Virus genome (UHGV): UHGV-0184459
Reading direction: 5' to 3' (one strand)
DNA length: 24,949 nucleotides
Source of the DNA: a virus
The position numbers were made by a program, and so were the translations under genes. Position 1 is the stretch's first letter. The number at the start of each line of letters is the position of its first letter. The notes under the pieces are model-generated. The model made no database searches. It saw nothing but the letters and a program-made list of their open reading frames with translations, and was not told the origin of the DNA. Below are positions 1 to 8,569 of the stretch, one piece after another.

Positions 1-1103
1 GGTATCTGATTTTCCCCTGTTCCCACATTCCGTTTTGCCGCTTCTCCCAAACCAAGGTATGTGAGAAGACCAGCTACATCCTTTCCACTCAAATTGGTAA
101 GCGTATTGTCCAGCGGTTGTTTACCTGCCAGTGCATTAAGCATTGTCGTGGCAAAGTTCGGGTCATTCCCCAGCGCCGCCGCCAGTTCATTCAGTGTATC
201 CAGTGCCGCAGGTGCAGAACCCACCATTGCCGCAATCGCCGATTTCACAAAAGCCGTAGTGGCAATCTGTGTATTGTTAACCGACTGTGCGGCAGTGGGG
301 GCTGTTGGCGTTCCGGTGAGTGCCGGACTTGACAGCGGTGCTTTGAGTGCCAGCGCATTGTTAATGGTGGTACTGAATTTCGGGTCATTATTAATGGCAG
401 CGGCAATTTCTTTCAGCGTATCCAGTGTGGCTGGCGCACCATTAATAAGGGCCATCAGTGCCGCCTGAACAAACGCGGTGGTCGCAATCTGCGTGGTGTT
501 ATTCCCCTCCGCTGGCGTTGGCGCTTTGGGTGTTCCGGTCAATGTCGGGCTTTCTTTGGGTGCATACTGTGAATGCGGGTCCGGTGCGGCAAGATGTTTT
601 GCCATCTTATCATCCACGAACACCTTCAGCTCCAGTACCTTGTCATCCACATACTTGCGGGTTGCCAGCACGACGGCAGGGTCGATTTTCAGGGTGATAT
701 TGTCCGTGCTGCTGGTAATCAACACCATGCGCACGGTCTGGGTGCGCCCGCTGCCTTCAGCCAGTTGCGGCTTATAGCTTTCCGGGCAGTTGCCTACGGC
801 AATCAATGCCCCGGACTCATCAAACAGACCCACTTCACGTATCCACCAACCACCCTCATTTTCAGGGATCACCTGTTCAGCAATAATCTGGCTGCTGTTC
901 TGCGGGTCGATATAGAGCATATTCAGCGCAGCCCGGCGTTTCTCATTTACCAGTGCCGTCTGCTTTGCGTCCGGCGTCGGCAATGCTCCGCCGCCATCGC
1001 CCACCGCCATATGGGTAATTTTTAGCGGCACACCGAGCGCGGCGGCGCTGGCAAGTTTCGCCGCTCCAATATCCGTCAGCAGGGTATAAAATTTTGTGCT
1101 CAT
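1..1103 (-). CDS. H: Tail fiber protein gpH, N-terminal part (C-terminus lies beyond window start)
   Basis: Manual minus-strand translation from ATG at 1103 gives MSTKFYTLLTDIGAAKLASAA...GDGGG...AESYKP...LAEGSGR with no stop to position 1; strongly resembles P2 gpH as recalled. Contains an internal ~70-aa duplication (NNTQIATTAFV...LDTL.E.AAA..NDP.F). Plus-strand ORFs here are antisense artefacts. Confidence 0.85.
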   Translation of the reverse strand, partial: MSTKFYTLLTDIGAAKLASAAALGVPLKITHMAVGDGGGALPTPDAKQTALVNEKRRAALNMLYIDPQNSSQIIAEQVIPENEGGWWIREVGLFDESGALIAVGNCPESYKPQLAEGSGRTQTVRMVLITSSTDNITLKIDPAVVLATRKYVDDKVLELKVFVDDKMAKHLAAPDPHSQYAPKESPTLTGTPKAPTPAEGNNTTQIATTAFVQAALMALINGAPATLDTLKEIAAAINNDPKFSTTINNALALKAPLSSPALTGTPTAPTAAQSVNNTQIATTAFVKSAIAAMVGSAPAALDTLNELAAALGNDPNFATTMLNALAGKQPLDNTLTNLSGKDVAGLLTYLGLGEAAKRNVGTGENQI

Positions 1104-1705
1104 GGATTCACTCTCATTGTGTCAATAACATGGACCGCCCCGCCTTCATGCGCGGTGCCGCCGGAAATAATTGTTTCGTTGATATACGGATAGATCGTGA
1201 TTTCTTCGCCAAGATAGCTGGCGGCTCCCACCCAATGCGGGCCGCTGGTCTGCAGGTTGATGGACATGCCGATCATGTGACGGCTACATGGTTTGGCATC
1301 GCTTATCAGTCGCTCAAGTTCCAGATAGGTATCTTCAGTGATGCCCTGGTCCTGCACGCCGATATCCAGACGAAACGTGCCCGGTGCCTCTCCGATCTGC
1401 CACCACTCAATAATGCGGATCAGAAAGCCGAACGGCTCCACCACCCGCCGCACGGCACTGGTGGTCCCTTTATGCTGATGAATATAAAAAGCATCCTTCA
1501 CCACCTGGCGCTTGACGCTTTCTGTCCAGCCCTCGTCCCAGCGATCCACAGAGAACGCCCAGGCGAGATAAGGCAGGAAACTGATCGGACAGGTTGCCGG
1601 ATTCCACAAGTCACGCAGCGGCACCTGCAGATCAGAAATCCCGCTACAGGTCTGCGCCAGTCGGCGCTCCAGTGAAGTTGAACCCGGTGGCAGCAGACTA
1701 TTCAT
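1100..1705 (-). CDS. I: Baseplate assembly protein gpI
   Basis: 201-aa ORF, ATG at 1705 with GGAGGA Shine-Dalgarno; motifs LAWAFSVDRWD, GTFRLDIG, DAKP.SRH typical of P2 gpI; 4-nt overlap with H start. Confidence 0.85.
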   Translation of the reverse strand: MNSLLPPGSTSLERRLAQTCSGISDLQVPLRDLWNPATCPISFLPYLAWAFSVDRWDEGWTESVKRQVVKDAFYIHQHKGTTSAVRRVVEPFGFLIRIIEWWQIGEAPGTFRLDIGVQDQGITEDTYLELERLISDAKPCSRHMIGMSINLQTSGPHWVGAASYLGEEITIYPYINETIISGGTAHEGGAVHVIDTMRVNP

Positions 1706-2606
1706 CCGTTCCTCCGTTGGTCACGCTCCACTGCGTACATGATGCCGCCTGCGTTTTGTTCAGAACCACATCCGCCAGCGGAGAAGCCAGTTCCACACGT
1801 TGAACACCCTCAACATGCAGCGCGGCAAAAATAGCACTACGGCGAATATCCCGACCGAGCCGCGTCTGACTGGCGATGTACCTCTGCAGGCTGACTTTTG
1901 CCGCTGCCATTACCGGCTCTGCTTCCGGTCCCGGATAAAGAAAAATGGTGGCTTCCACACGGTACGGGATGATTTCTGCGCTGCGAACCGTCAGACGGTC
2001 AGCCACCGGGCGGACATTCTCACTGTTCAGGGCTTTCTCCACCACATCCAGCAAATCTTTTTCTGCTGTTCCGTCGCCTTCACGGCTCAGGACAGTCAGT
2101 ACCACCTCTGCAGGTGCCGGACTGGTTGCACTGGCATCCGCCACCCGACCGTCGGCGCTTCGGGCATGAAATTCATAAGCGGCAGTTGGCCCCGCAACAG
2201 AAAGCCCTTCAAAGGCTGCGGGCACACGCAGGCGTAACGCTTCATCGCTTTCCATCACAGCCGCAACGGGTGGCACAGCGTCATTATCAGCAGGCGTCAC
2301 CGTCAGGCGTTTCACGTTGTAGTTGGCAGCGAGCTGGTCAAGATCGCCGCCCATCGCGTAAGCCACCATCACCGCCTGCGCGGCTTCATTAATGCGCTGG
2401 CGCAGAAGCAACTCACGGTAAGCGTTCTCCTGCAACAATTTGGTGACGGGTTCAGATTCCAGTTCCAGCGTGCGGATCACTGCTTCCTGCTCATCTTTCG
2501 GATGAAGCGCCACAAATTCTGCCTTGCGTTCGGCAAGCAGCGTCTCAAAGTCCGGCACATCCACAATCTGCGGTGCAGGCAACTGCGAAAGGTCAATCAC
2601 TGCCAT
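1698..2606 (-). CDS. J: Baseplate assembly protein gpJ (gp6-like wedge)
   Basis: ORF trimmed to ATG at 2606 (MAVIDLSQLP...) preceded by AGGAG; the listed ORF start upstream is probably spurious. Position between W and I as in P2. Confidence 0.85.
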   Translation of the reverse strand: MAVIDLSQLPAPQIVDVPDFETLLAERKAEFVALHPKDEQEAVIRTLELESEPVTKLLQENAYRELLLRQRINEAAQAVMVAYAMGGDLDQLAANYNVKRLTVTPADNDAVPPVAAVMESDEALRLRVPAAFEGLSVAGPTAAYEFHARSADGRVADASATSPAPAEVVLTVLSREGDGTAEKDLLDVVEKALNSENVRPVADRLTVRSAEIIPYRVEATIFLYPGPEAEPVMAAAKVSLQRYIASQTRLGRDIRRSAIFAALHVEGVQRVELASPLADVVLNKTQAASCTQWSVTNGGTDE

Positions 2607-2952
2607 TCTCTGCTCCTGTTGATACTGAAAGGGACACAGGCACACCGTTATTCCGCCGTCCGGTCAGCTCCACCACCATTGAACCGTCAAAATTGCTGTT
2701 AATAGTGATGGAATCCAGCGTCAGCCGTGGCTCCCAGCGACTCAGTGCAACATACACAGCCGACATGACCTGCAGGCGTAATGCCGGATTTTGTGGCTGA
2801 TCTATCAGTGCAGACAGCAGGGAACCATATTCCCGGCGGGCAATACGGCTACCCTGCGGTGTCAGCAGAATGTCCCGCACCGACTGGCGCAGATGATCAA
2901 TATCAGTAATGACTTTGCCGCTGGTATTGTTCATCCCGCTATAAAGCGTCAT
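2593..2952 (-). CDS. W: Baseplate protein gpW (gp25-like)
   Basis: 119-aa ORF, ATG at 2952 overlapping V stop; sequence ...DILLTPQGSRIARREYGSLL..IDQPQNPAL... matches gpW/gp25 family as recalled. Confidence 0.85.
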   Translation of the reverse strand: MTLYSGMNNTSGKVITDIDHLRQSVRDILLTPQGSRIARREYGSLLSALIDQPQNPALRLQVMSAVYVALSRWEPRLTLDSITINSNFDGSMVVELTGRRNNGVPVSLSVSTGAENGSD

Positions 2953-3527
2953 ACCGGGCCTCCGGTTGTATCGCCGCCTTTCAGGACGCCAGTATGCTGA
3001 TGCGCATCAACCACGATCCCGTTAGAATTCATCGCTCCGCCGCCCTGGGTAACGCCACCATTGATCACCACTTCGCTGTTAATGCGCGTGCGGTCAGCCT
3101 CCAGTACAAACTCACTGGTTTTCATGGTGATGTTGTCAGCAGCCTCAATGACCATTGATTTGATGCCCCTGACATACCAGCGCCCGGTGGCGGGTTCGTA
3201 TTCAAACCAGCCACCGTCAGGATGTTCTGTCACGCAGGCATCCGCCGACGTCGACGGTGGTGCGAACTGATTCGAATAGACAGCGGGCAGCGCAAAGGCG
3301 GTTTCCAGATTGCCGCCCAGACTCAGCAGCACCACCTGCTCACCTTCCGATGGTCGCCACCATGTACGGGCATTCCCGGCACGCAGCGTCAGCCAGCTGA
3401 TCCAGTTGGTTTCAAGCTCGCCCGTTTTCACCCGGCAAAGCCAGTTTTCCCTGTCCACTTCGGTGACTACCCCTGTGCGGATCAGGTTGGTGATAAGGCG
3501 CATGATTTCGGTTAATTGTGCGTTCAT
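2949..3527 (-). CDS. V: Baseplate spike/hub protein gpV
   Basis: 192-aa ORF, ATG at 3527; N-terminus MNAQLTEIMRLITNLIRTGVVTEVD and C-terminal HQHTGV..GGDTTGGPV resemble P2 gpV. Confidence 0.85.
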   Translation of the reverse strand: MNAQLTEIMRLITNLIRTGVVTEVDRENWLCRVKTGELETNWISWLTLRAGNARTWWRPSEGEQVVLLSLGGNLETAFALPAVYSNQFAPPSTSADACVTEHPDGGWFEYEPATGRWYVRGIKSMVIEAADNITMKTSEFVLEADRTRINSEVVINGGVTQGGGAMNSNGIVVDAHQHTGVLKGGDTTGGPV

Positions 3528-3573
3528 AGGGAAAGGTTGCCATCAGGGGAAGAAAGGCGGCAGTGCTGCAACT

Positions 3574-3591
3574 TGTATCAGTGCTGATACA
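3574..3591 (-). promoter_or_regulatory. TGT-N12-ACA dyad (TTGTATCAG..CTGATACAA) in the S-V intergenic region; candidate Ogr/Delta/B-type late promoter activator site for V
   Basis: Perfect TGT-N12-ACA with extended dyad symmetry read directly; P2-family late promoters carry this element centred near -55; lies upstream of V on the minus strand. Confidence 0.5.
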
Positions 3592-3595
3592 AAGA

Positions 3596-4042
3596 TCACC
3601 CCGCCAGCCATTGCAGAATCATGTCGCGGGTCATTGCCTCAACATCATCATTTACACCCAGAAGGCGACGCTCTGCGTAACGCACCTCCGGTCCCTTACG
3701 ACTGACGCGATCTCGCAGGCCGTAATGGTGAACGCGGGCAATGCGCTGCACCTTGCCTTCAAACTGCACGCTGGCAGAGTCGGTGCTGGCGGCAGTTTTC
3801 AGGTATTTTGTGGTGCGCAGCTTTGCAAACATCTGACGTTTGATACGGCCTTTTTTACTGCGTGCTGTTACCCGTCGCGGTTCATAGCTGCTGCCGTCAG
3901 GATTGCGCTGCATCCTGATATTCTGCTGCTGTGTCCGGCGAAGTTCCTGCGCCAGCTGGCGCATCATGCGGCTTCTCGAGGCTGGTTCCAGATTCGCCAG
4001 CAAGGCACTCAGCCAGTCGTCCACCTTCTGCAGTTCAGCCAC
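3596..4042 (-). CDS. S: Tail completion protein gpS
   Basis: 148-aa ORF with GTG start at 4042; motifs LANLEP, PDGSSYEPRRVTARSKKGRIKR.MF.KLRT, ARVHHYGLRDRV typical of gpS. Confidence 0.8.
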   Translation of the reverse strand: MAELQKVDDWLSALLANLEPASRSRMMRQLAQELRRTQQQNIRMQRNPDGSSYEPRRVTARSKKGRIKRQMFAKLRTTKYLKTAASTDSASVQFEGKVQRIARVHHYGLRDRVSRKGPEVRYAERRLLGVNDDVEAMTRDMILQWLAG

Positions 4043-4466
4043 GTTTCACCGTCCACATTTCTTCAGGTGCATCAGGTTCCGCTATAGCTTCAACGCTCGA
4101 CACACTGCCGTCAGTGCTGACCAGCACACGTTCCGTCAGTTGCAGGTTCAGGCTGATATCACAGACATCGTTGCGCAGAATATCCACCTCAAAGGTGAAT
4201 AGCTTTTCCCGTAACGCCGGGTTATTGATGGCATCGGGCTGGTTATCCCTCAGCCACAGCAAAACCGGGGCCATCAGCAGATTCTGGTCGCCGCTGAAAT
4301 CCTCAATCACCGCGTTCAGTGTGTAACGGTACTCCCACGACATGGAGCTGGCCCCCGTGGCAACCAGCGAACCGTTATCCACAAACAGATGCAGTTTGTC
4401 CGGGTTATTGCGGACATAAGGCACCGCTTTATTGAGGGCGTGGCGCAGGGATTGTGGTTTGTTCAC
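4035..4466 (-). CDS. R: Tail completion protein gpR
   Basis: Listed ORF begins at TTG 4487; an in-frame GTG at 4466 with AGGAG 9 nt upstream gives MNKPQSLRHALNKAV...FVDNGS, matching the gpR N-terminus as recalled. Confidence 0.75.
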   Translation of the reverse strand: MNKPQSLRHALNKAVPYVRNNPDKLHLFVDNGSLVATGASSMSWEYRYTLNAVIEDFSGDQNLLMAPVLLWLRDNQPDAINNPALREKLFTFEVDILRNDVCDISLNLQLTERVLVSTDGSVSSVEAIAEPDAPEEMWTVKRG

Positions 4467-4719
4467 TGTTTCGCTCCTGACACGCAATAATCATGTCCAC
4501 TTTGTCTGCACAGACCGCCCAGGCGGCCTCCGTTTCATCCAGCAACGCATTCAGATCACCGTTAGTGCGCGGTGCTGCCTGCTCCAGCCGACACGGCGTC
4601 ACTCGCGGACAACCACTGACGGTAAGCTGCACCTCCGGTGAGTGCCGGACGTTCCCGCAGCCGGATAATGTCAGCAGGCAAAGGAGTATCAGCCCAGTGG
4701 CGTAAATCCTCGTTCTCAC
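4429..4719 (-). CDS. lysC: LysC-like outer-membrane spanin lipoprotein (Rz1 equivalent), overlapping the 3' end of lysB in another frame
   Basis: GTG start with GAGGA upstream; lipobox LTLSGC after a signal-like N-terminus; Pro-rich C-terminus; overlapped arrangement as in P2 lysB/lysC. Confidence 0.5.
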   Translation of the reverse strand: MRTRIYATGLILLCLLTLSGCGNVRHSPEVQLTVSGCPRVTPCRLEQAAPRTNGDLNALLDETEAAWAVCADKVDMIIACQERNSEQTTIPAPRPQ

Positions 4720-4990
4720 GTTTCAGTTCCTCGATCCGGCGTTGTCGTTGTCTCAGCTGTGCGCTGGTCTGTTCTGCTTCGGCATAGAGCCGCGCCTGCT
4801 CCCGGTTATTGGTTTCAGTCAGAATGGACAGGCTGATAAGCTGGCTGTTGCTCTTTGCCAGTGCCTGGCTTTTGCTCTGCAGCTCGTTTGCCTGCGTGCT
4901 GATGGTCTGGCTGGCATCAGCCAGCCGCCACGTCTGCCAGCCCAGCGCCGCCAGTAATAACGCCAGCACAACCAGCAGCAACCGGTTCAT
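4562..4990 (-). CDS. lysB: LysB-like inner-membrane spanin (Rz equivalent)
   Basis: 142 aa; N-terminal transmembrane helix (LLLVVLALLLAALGW) then coiled-coil-like region (QLRQRQRRIEELKRENEDLR); ATGA overlap with lysA stop. Confidence 0.7.
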   Translation of the reverse strand: MNRLLLVVLALLLAALGWQTWRLADASQTISTQANELQSKSQALAKSNSQLISLSILTETNNREQARLYAEAEQTSAQLRQRQRRIEELKRENEDLRHWADTPLPADIIRLRERPALTGGAAYRQWLSASDAVSAGAGSTAH

Positions 4991-5364
4991 GCTGCTACCT
5001 GTTGCGCCATCTGATTACGGGTGATCCAGAAGGCAATAACGGTCAGTAGATAAAAGACCAGGGTAATAGCCCACCCCGTCCATGCGAGACTTACAACAAT
5101 CAGCAATCGCATCACCCAACAGATAAATACGTTTTCTTTTCGGGTAATTGTCTTCAGCAAAGATGCCCTTAACTCCTGCCAGAGCGGGCCATTCTGAATT
5201 AACGCAGCCAGTGCTACCGGAATTACCGCCCATGTCAGCAAACAGGCTACCCAAACGCCGGACGCTGCCAGTACCGGAAAGATCCCCTGCGGATACACCA
5301 TTGCTGCGATTAACAGCGCCATCCATAACATCAGAAACAGCCCGCTGATTAATTTCTTTTTCAT
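4987..5364 (-). CDS. lysA: LysA-like lysis-timing membrane protein
   Basis: Trimmed to ATG at 5364 (MKKKLISGLFLML...), 2 nt after the endolysin stop; about 4 predicted transmembrane segments; position matches P2 lysA. Confidence 0.65.
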   Translation of the reverse strand: MKKKLISGLFLMLWMALLIAAMVYPQGIFPVLAASGVWVACLLTWAVIPVALAALIQNGPLWQELRASLLKTITRKENVFICWVMRLLIVVSLAWTGWAITLVFYLLTVIAFWITRNQMAQQVAA

Positions 5365-5365
5365 T

Positions 5366-5878
5366 TCAGTTTGCACCCTGTAAACACCAGGCCATCTCCC
5401 GCGCACGGCGGTTATCCAGCCCCTGATTAAACACACCTTTTACATAAACCCAGCGCGGCAACTGTCGGCACGCATCCGCCCAGCGCCGCTGATTGAGCAA
5501 TTTCACCAGCGTGGAACTACAGGCATTGCCCGTCCCCACGTTGAAGGCAAACGACACCGTAGCGTCATACACCTTCTGTGGTGGCTGTTGCTTCACACAC
5601 CTTTCCAGTGCCCGCTCCACACGCAGCACGTTGGAGATCAGCCCTTCCGCGGCCTGTCGTTCCGTAATGGTTTTGCCTGGAATGACGCCAGATGTATTAC
5701 CAATGCCGTCGGTCCAGACACCCGCGCTGCACTGATACGGCTGCAGACGACAGCCTTCGTAATCGGCAATCAGTTTCAGCCCCTCCACGGAGGTGTGAAG
5801 CTGCTGAAAACCCGGTAGCGCGGCAGCAATAGCCAGCACGGCCCCGACAAGGCAGCGTTTAACGATTGATGGATTCAT
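5366..5878 (-). CDS. Endolysin, T4-lysozyme-like (GH24) with N-terminal signal-anchor-release (SAR)-type hydrophobic segment
   Basis: 170 aa; ATG 5878 with GGGAGGA Shine-Dalgarno; Ala/Gly-rich weakly hydrophobic N-terminus (CLVGAVLAIAAALPGF) followed by catalytic pattern E-x8-D-x5-T (ADYEGCRLQPYQCSAGVWTDGIGNT). Confidence 0.85.
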   Translation of the reverse strand: MNPSIVKRCLVGAVLAIAAALPGFQQLHTSVEGLKLIADYEGCRLQPYQCSAGVWTDGIGNTSGVIPGKTITERQAAEGLISNVLRVERALERCVKQQPPQKVYDATVSFAFNVGTGNACSSTLVKLLNQRRWADACRQLPRWVYVKGVFNQGLDNRRAREMAWCLQGAN

Positions 5879-6074
5879 AGTCCTCCCGCGAGATCTGCCC
5901 GTCGCGCAGAAGCTGGTAGGCTTTGTGTTTGTAGTACCAGTTGATAGCCAGCATCAGCACACCAATCATCAGGCCGCCCAGCGTTGAGGCATCCTTGATG
6001 GACAAATCGCCCAGCCAGGCCAGCACGACGGCGATGCAATACGTGATAAAGGCGCTGATTCGCTCAAGCGTCAT
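5859..6074 (-). CDS. Small two-TMD holin (pinholin-like)
   Basis: 71 aa, two hydrophobic helices and charged C-terminal tail; directly upstream of the SAR-type endolysin with 20-nt overlap. Confidence 0.6.
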   Translation of the reverse strand: MTLERISAFITYCIAVVLAWLGDLSIKDASTLGGLMIGVLMLAINWYYKHKAYQLLRDGQISREDYESINR

Positions 6075-6077
6075 AAT

Positions 6078-6281
6078 TCAGTCCCATAGCTGGACGGTCT
6101 GCACGGTGGTGGTTGTCGGTATGTCCGGCAGCTCCACCTGCAGCCCGTGAGGTAAAAAGGGGCCGTATTCGGCAAGCCCCGGATTTGCCTTCAGTACCTG
6201 CTCCGTGACACCCTGCGTGCGCCCGTAATGACGCCAGCAAAGCGCGTCCACCGTGTCATACTGATGCGCACGCACTTTCAT
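6078..6281 (-). CDS. X: Tail protein gpX
   Basis: 67 aa, MKVRAHQYDTVDALCWRHYGRTQGVTEQVLKANPGLAEYGPFLPHGLQVELPDI, matches P2 gpX family. Confidence 0.8.
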   Translation of the reverse strand: MKVRAHQYDTVDALCWRHYGRTQGVTEQVLKANPGLAEYGPFLPHGLQVELPDIPTTTTVQTVQLWD

Positions 6282-6808
6282 CAGATAAGCTCCACTGTGC
6301 AGTGCGGCGCATCCTGCACCCGGCTGATGGCCCAGCGGGCGTCACGCCACAAATCACCGCTGGCTTCTACCAGTTCCTCGCCCCGCTTCACACCGGATGC
6401 TGTGGCGTCATAGTCCTGATAACGCTCGTTGAGCATGGCGCGTGCCCAGCAGTAAACCGCGTTGAAATAGTGATGAATACGCTCACTTTTGCCGTCCAAC
6501 TGTTCCGCCGGAACCTCTGCCAGCGAGGCATATCCCAGCATCTGCTGACGTCTGCGAAACTCATACAGCTCTGCGTTGACCTCCGAAATTGCCGACAGCG
6601 CAACCTGCTTTAAACGCGGCTGCGTCACCGTGCCGTCAGTGCGCATGACACAGCGAAACTCCGACAGGTCCACATCAGGCCAGAACGGCGTATTTCTGAT
6701 GATTTCCGCCTGTTCCGGTGCCTGTTCTGGCGCAACAAACTTCATGCTGCTTTCTCCTGAAATAAAGGGCGGTGGACGGGGTTTTGATGTGGCAGTGCCT
6801 TTCGCCAC
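6281..6808 (-). CDS. L: Head completion/stabilisation protein gpL
   Basis: 175-aa ORF with GTG start at 6808; an internal ATG at 6745 with strong AGGAGA Shine-Dalgarno is an alternative start. Motifs NTPFWPDVD, ELWRDARWA typical of gpL. Confidence 0.8.
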   Translation of the reverse strand: MAKGTATSKPRPPPFISGESSMKFVAPEQAPEQAEIIRNTPFWPDVDLSEFRCVMRTDGTVTQPRLKQVALSAISEVNAELYEFRRRQQMLGYASLAEVPAEQLDGKSERIHHYFNAVYCWARAMLNERYQDYDATASGVKRGEELVEASGDLWRDARWAISRVQDAPHCTVELI

Positions 6809-6840
6809 CCCGTGCCGCCCGTGCGCGGGGGCACGTTCTG

Positions 6841-7491
6841 TCAGCGGCTGTCATTGCGCAGTCTGCGCTCCAGCTGCTGTTTGTCTTTTTTCACGCCACA
6901 GCGGGGATCGAGCTGTAACGCATGGTTGAGATGATTAAGGGCGGAAGCCGGATTGCTTTCACTCAGGACAGCGCCAATCGCTTTATGCAGACGCGCCCGT
7001 GACTGGTCCGGCATATCCAGACCGTCTGTCAGCTCCAGCGTCTGCAGCAACAGATCGGCATCAAAGCCGGTGGCGGCAAGCATTGCGCTCTGCGCCGCGT
7101 CTGCCATTTCCTCTGCCAGCACGGTCTGCACGTTGCGGTTACCCAGCGGCATCACCCAGCCATGACGCAGGGCATGACGCCCGATCTCCAGCGCCCCTGC
7201 ATAATCTCCGGCATCAATGCGCCACAGCATCACGTACATCAGCACGTCATCCTGTTGAGCGCCTCCGGCAGCCAGAACGCCCTCCGCCCAGGCGGCATAT
7301 TTCGGCAGCAGCTCCACCTTGATTTCCGCTTTTTTGACCGTGGACTGAACGCCCTTGAGACGGCGGCGGTCTTCCGCCAGTTGCAGCAGCATCAGGTCAT
7401 AGCCCGACGCGTGGCGAACACTGCCACCCTCGCGAGCGGCCTGTTCAGCCTGAACGCGCAGGCGATGCTGCCGTGCGGGACTCAGGCTCAT
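6841..7491 (-). CDS. M: Terminase small (endonuclease) subunit gpM
   Basis: 216 aa; ATG 7491; position between N and L and sequence character consistent with P2 gpM. Confidence 0.8.
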   Translation of the reverse strand: MSLSPARQHRLRVQAEQAAREGGSVRHASGYDLMLLQLAEDRRRLKGVQSTVKKAEIKVELLPKYAAWAEGVLAAGGAQQDDVLMYVMLWRIDAGDYAGALEIGRHALRHGWVMPLGNRNVQTVLAEEMADAAQSAMLAATGFDADLLLQTLELTDGLDMPDQSRARLHKAIGAVLSESNPASALNHLNHALQLDPRCGVKKDKQQLERRLRNDSR

Positions 7492-7494
7492 GAA

Positions 7495-8553
7495 TTACGC
7501 TCCGGTTTCTGCTGCGGCGGCGCTGAAGTCACCAATCTGGATGTTTTCCACCAGTGCAGCGCAGCGATAGTCCTCAACCACATAGGCTTCGTTAACGGAT
7601 TCAAAATTTTCAATCCGGTCACGTTTCGGGTTGTCGATAACTGAACGGCGGCGGGTATCTTCCTGCCAGTAGATGGACAGGTTATCCAGACGGGTGATCA
7701 GCAGCGCATTCGGCGGGAAGAACGGCGCACGCACCGCCTGCAGGCCACCCATGCGTTTCTGACTGATGATCATATCGGCAGCCAGTTTTTCACTGTTTTC
7801 CTGCTCTTTGTTGACCAGCGGGAAATACTTGTCAGACAGCAGTTCACGACCGCAAATCACCACCAGATCGTCATCGTCCTGGTAGACCACATCGATAAGC
7901 TCATTGACGGCATCCATCACTACGGCGTCCAGGTTGGCATATTCGCCACCTTTCCCGACTTTCACCGCGCCCGGTGTGGTTTCACCGCCCGTGGTGGTGC
8001 TGCCCATGACGTGATCCGGTGCATCCTCACGGATTTTCTGCAGCCAGCCTTTGTTCACATCCTGCAGCAGCGGGTTTTCGCTACGGTTGGAGGTTTTCGC
8101 ACGCTTCACGCCGTTAAAGCCGATCATGATGCGGTCCAGTGCCTGACGTTTCACGATGGCGTTACGGATACGCACCTGGAAATCCTGAAACTTCGCCCAC
8201 AGGTCCAGCTTCGCGTAGGTCAGCACCGTGTCAAAGTTGGTCTGTTCGCATTTGTATTCCACATCGACCATCAGCGTCGGATCGACAGGTTCTCGCTCTT
8301 TCGCGGTGGTATCAGTGGTTCCGGCAATGGTGCTGCCAACACCCAGCCCCAGCAACTGACCAGACTGCTCAGTCACTGGCGTGACGTTAATCAGCGTCAG
8401 GAAAGCGGCGGACTGCTGGATCTGGTCTTCCAGCGTCTGCTGCACGGACGGCTCTACGGTGAACTTGCTGGACAGTTCTTCAACTGCCACACCGTTCAGA
8501 CGCGCCAGCTGCTGCAGGTAAGCGTTAAAAGCAAAGCGGGTATTCTTCTTCAT
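7495..8553 (-). CDS. N: Major capsid protein gpN
   Basis: 352 aa; MKKNTRFAFNAYLQQLARLNGV... matches P2 gpN family; ATG at 8553. Confidence 0.9.
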   Translation of the reverse strand: MKKNTRFAFNAYLQQLARLNGVAVEELSSKFTVEPSVQQTLEDQIQQSAAFLTLINVTPVTEQSGQLLGLGVGSTIAGTTDTTAKEREPVDPTLMVDVEYKCEQTNFDTVLTYAKLDLWAKFQDFQVRIRNAIVKRQALDRIMIGFNGVKRAKTSNRSENPLLQDVNKGWLQKIREDAPDHVMGSTTTGGETTPGAVKVGKGGEYANLDAVVMDAVNELIDVVYQDDDDLVVICGRELLSDKYFPLVNKEQENSEKLAADMIISQKRMGGLQAVRAPFFPPNALLITRLDNLSIYWQEDTRRRSVIDNPKRDRIENFESVNEAYVVEDYRCAALVENIQIGDFSAAAAETGA

Positions 8554-8569
8554 CGGGTTTTGTGCTCCA

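Noticed and set aside
61-1025. Several plus-strand ORFs (135, 99 and 150 aa among others)
   Set aside because: They are antisense to the gpH tail fiber reading frame, which is open across the whole interval on the minus strand and has clear P2 gpH similarity; their Ala/Ser-rich low-complexity products are mirror artefacts.
2607-2645. N-terminal extension of the gpJ ORF (MCLCPFQYQQEQR)
   Set aside because: An ATG at 2606 with AGGAG upstream gives a conventional start and a 14-nt overlap with W; the extension lacks a ribosome-binding site.
5365-5436. Upstream extension of the lysA ORF (listed ORF starts at 5436)
   Set aside because: The extension would overlap the endolysin coding region in another frame; an ATG at 5364 sits 2 nt after the endolysin stop and begins the hydrophobic protein, so the shorter start is preferred.
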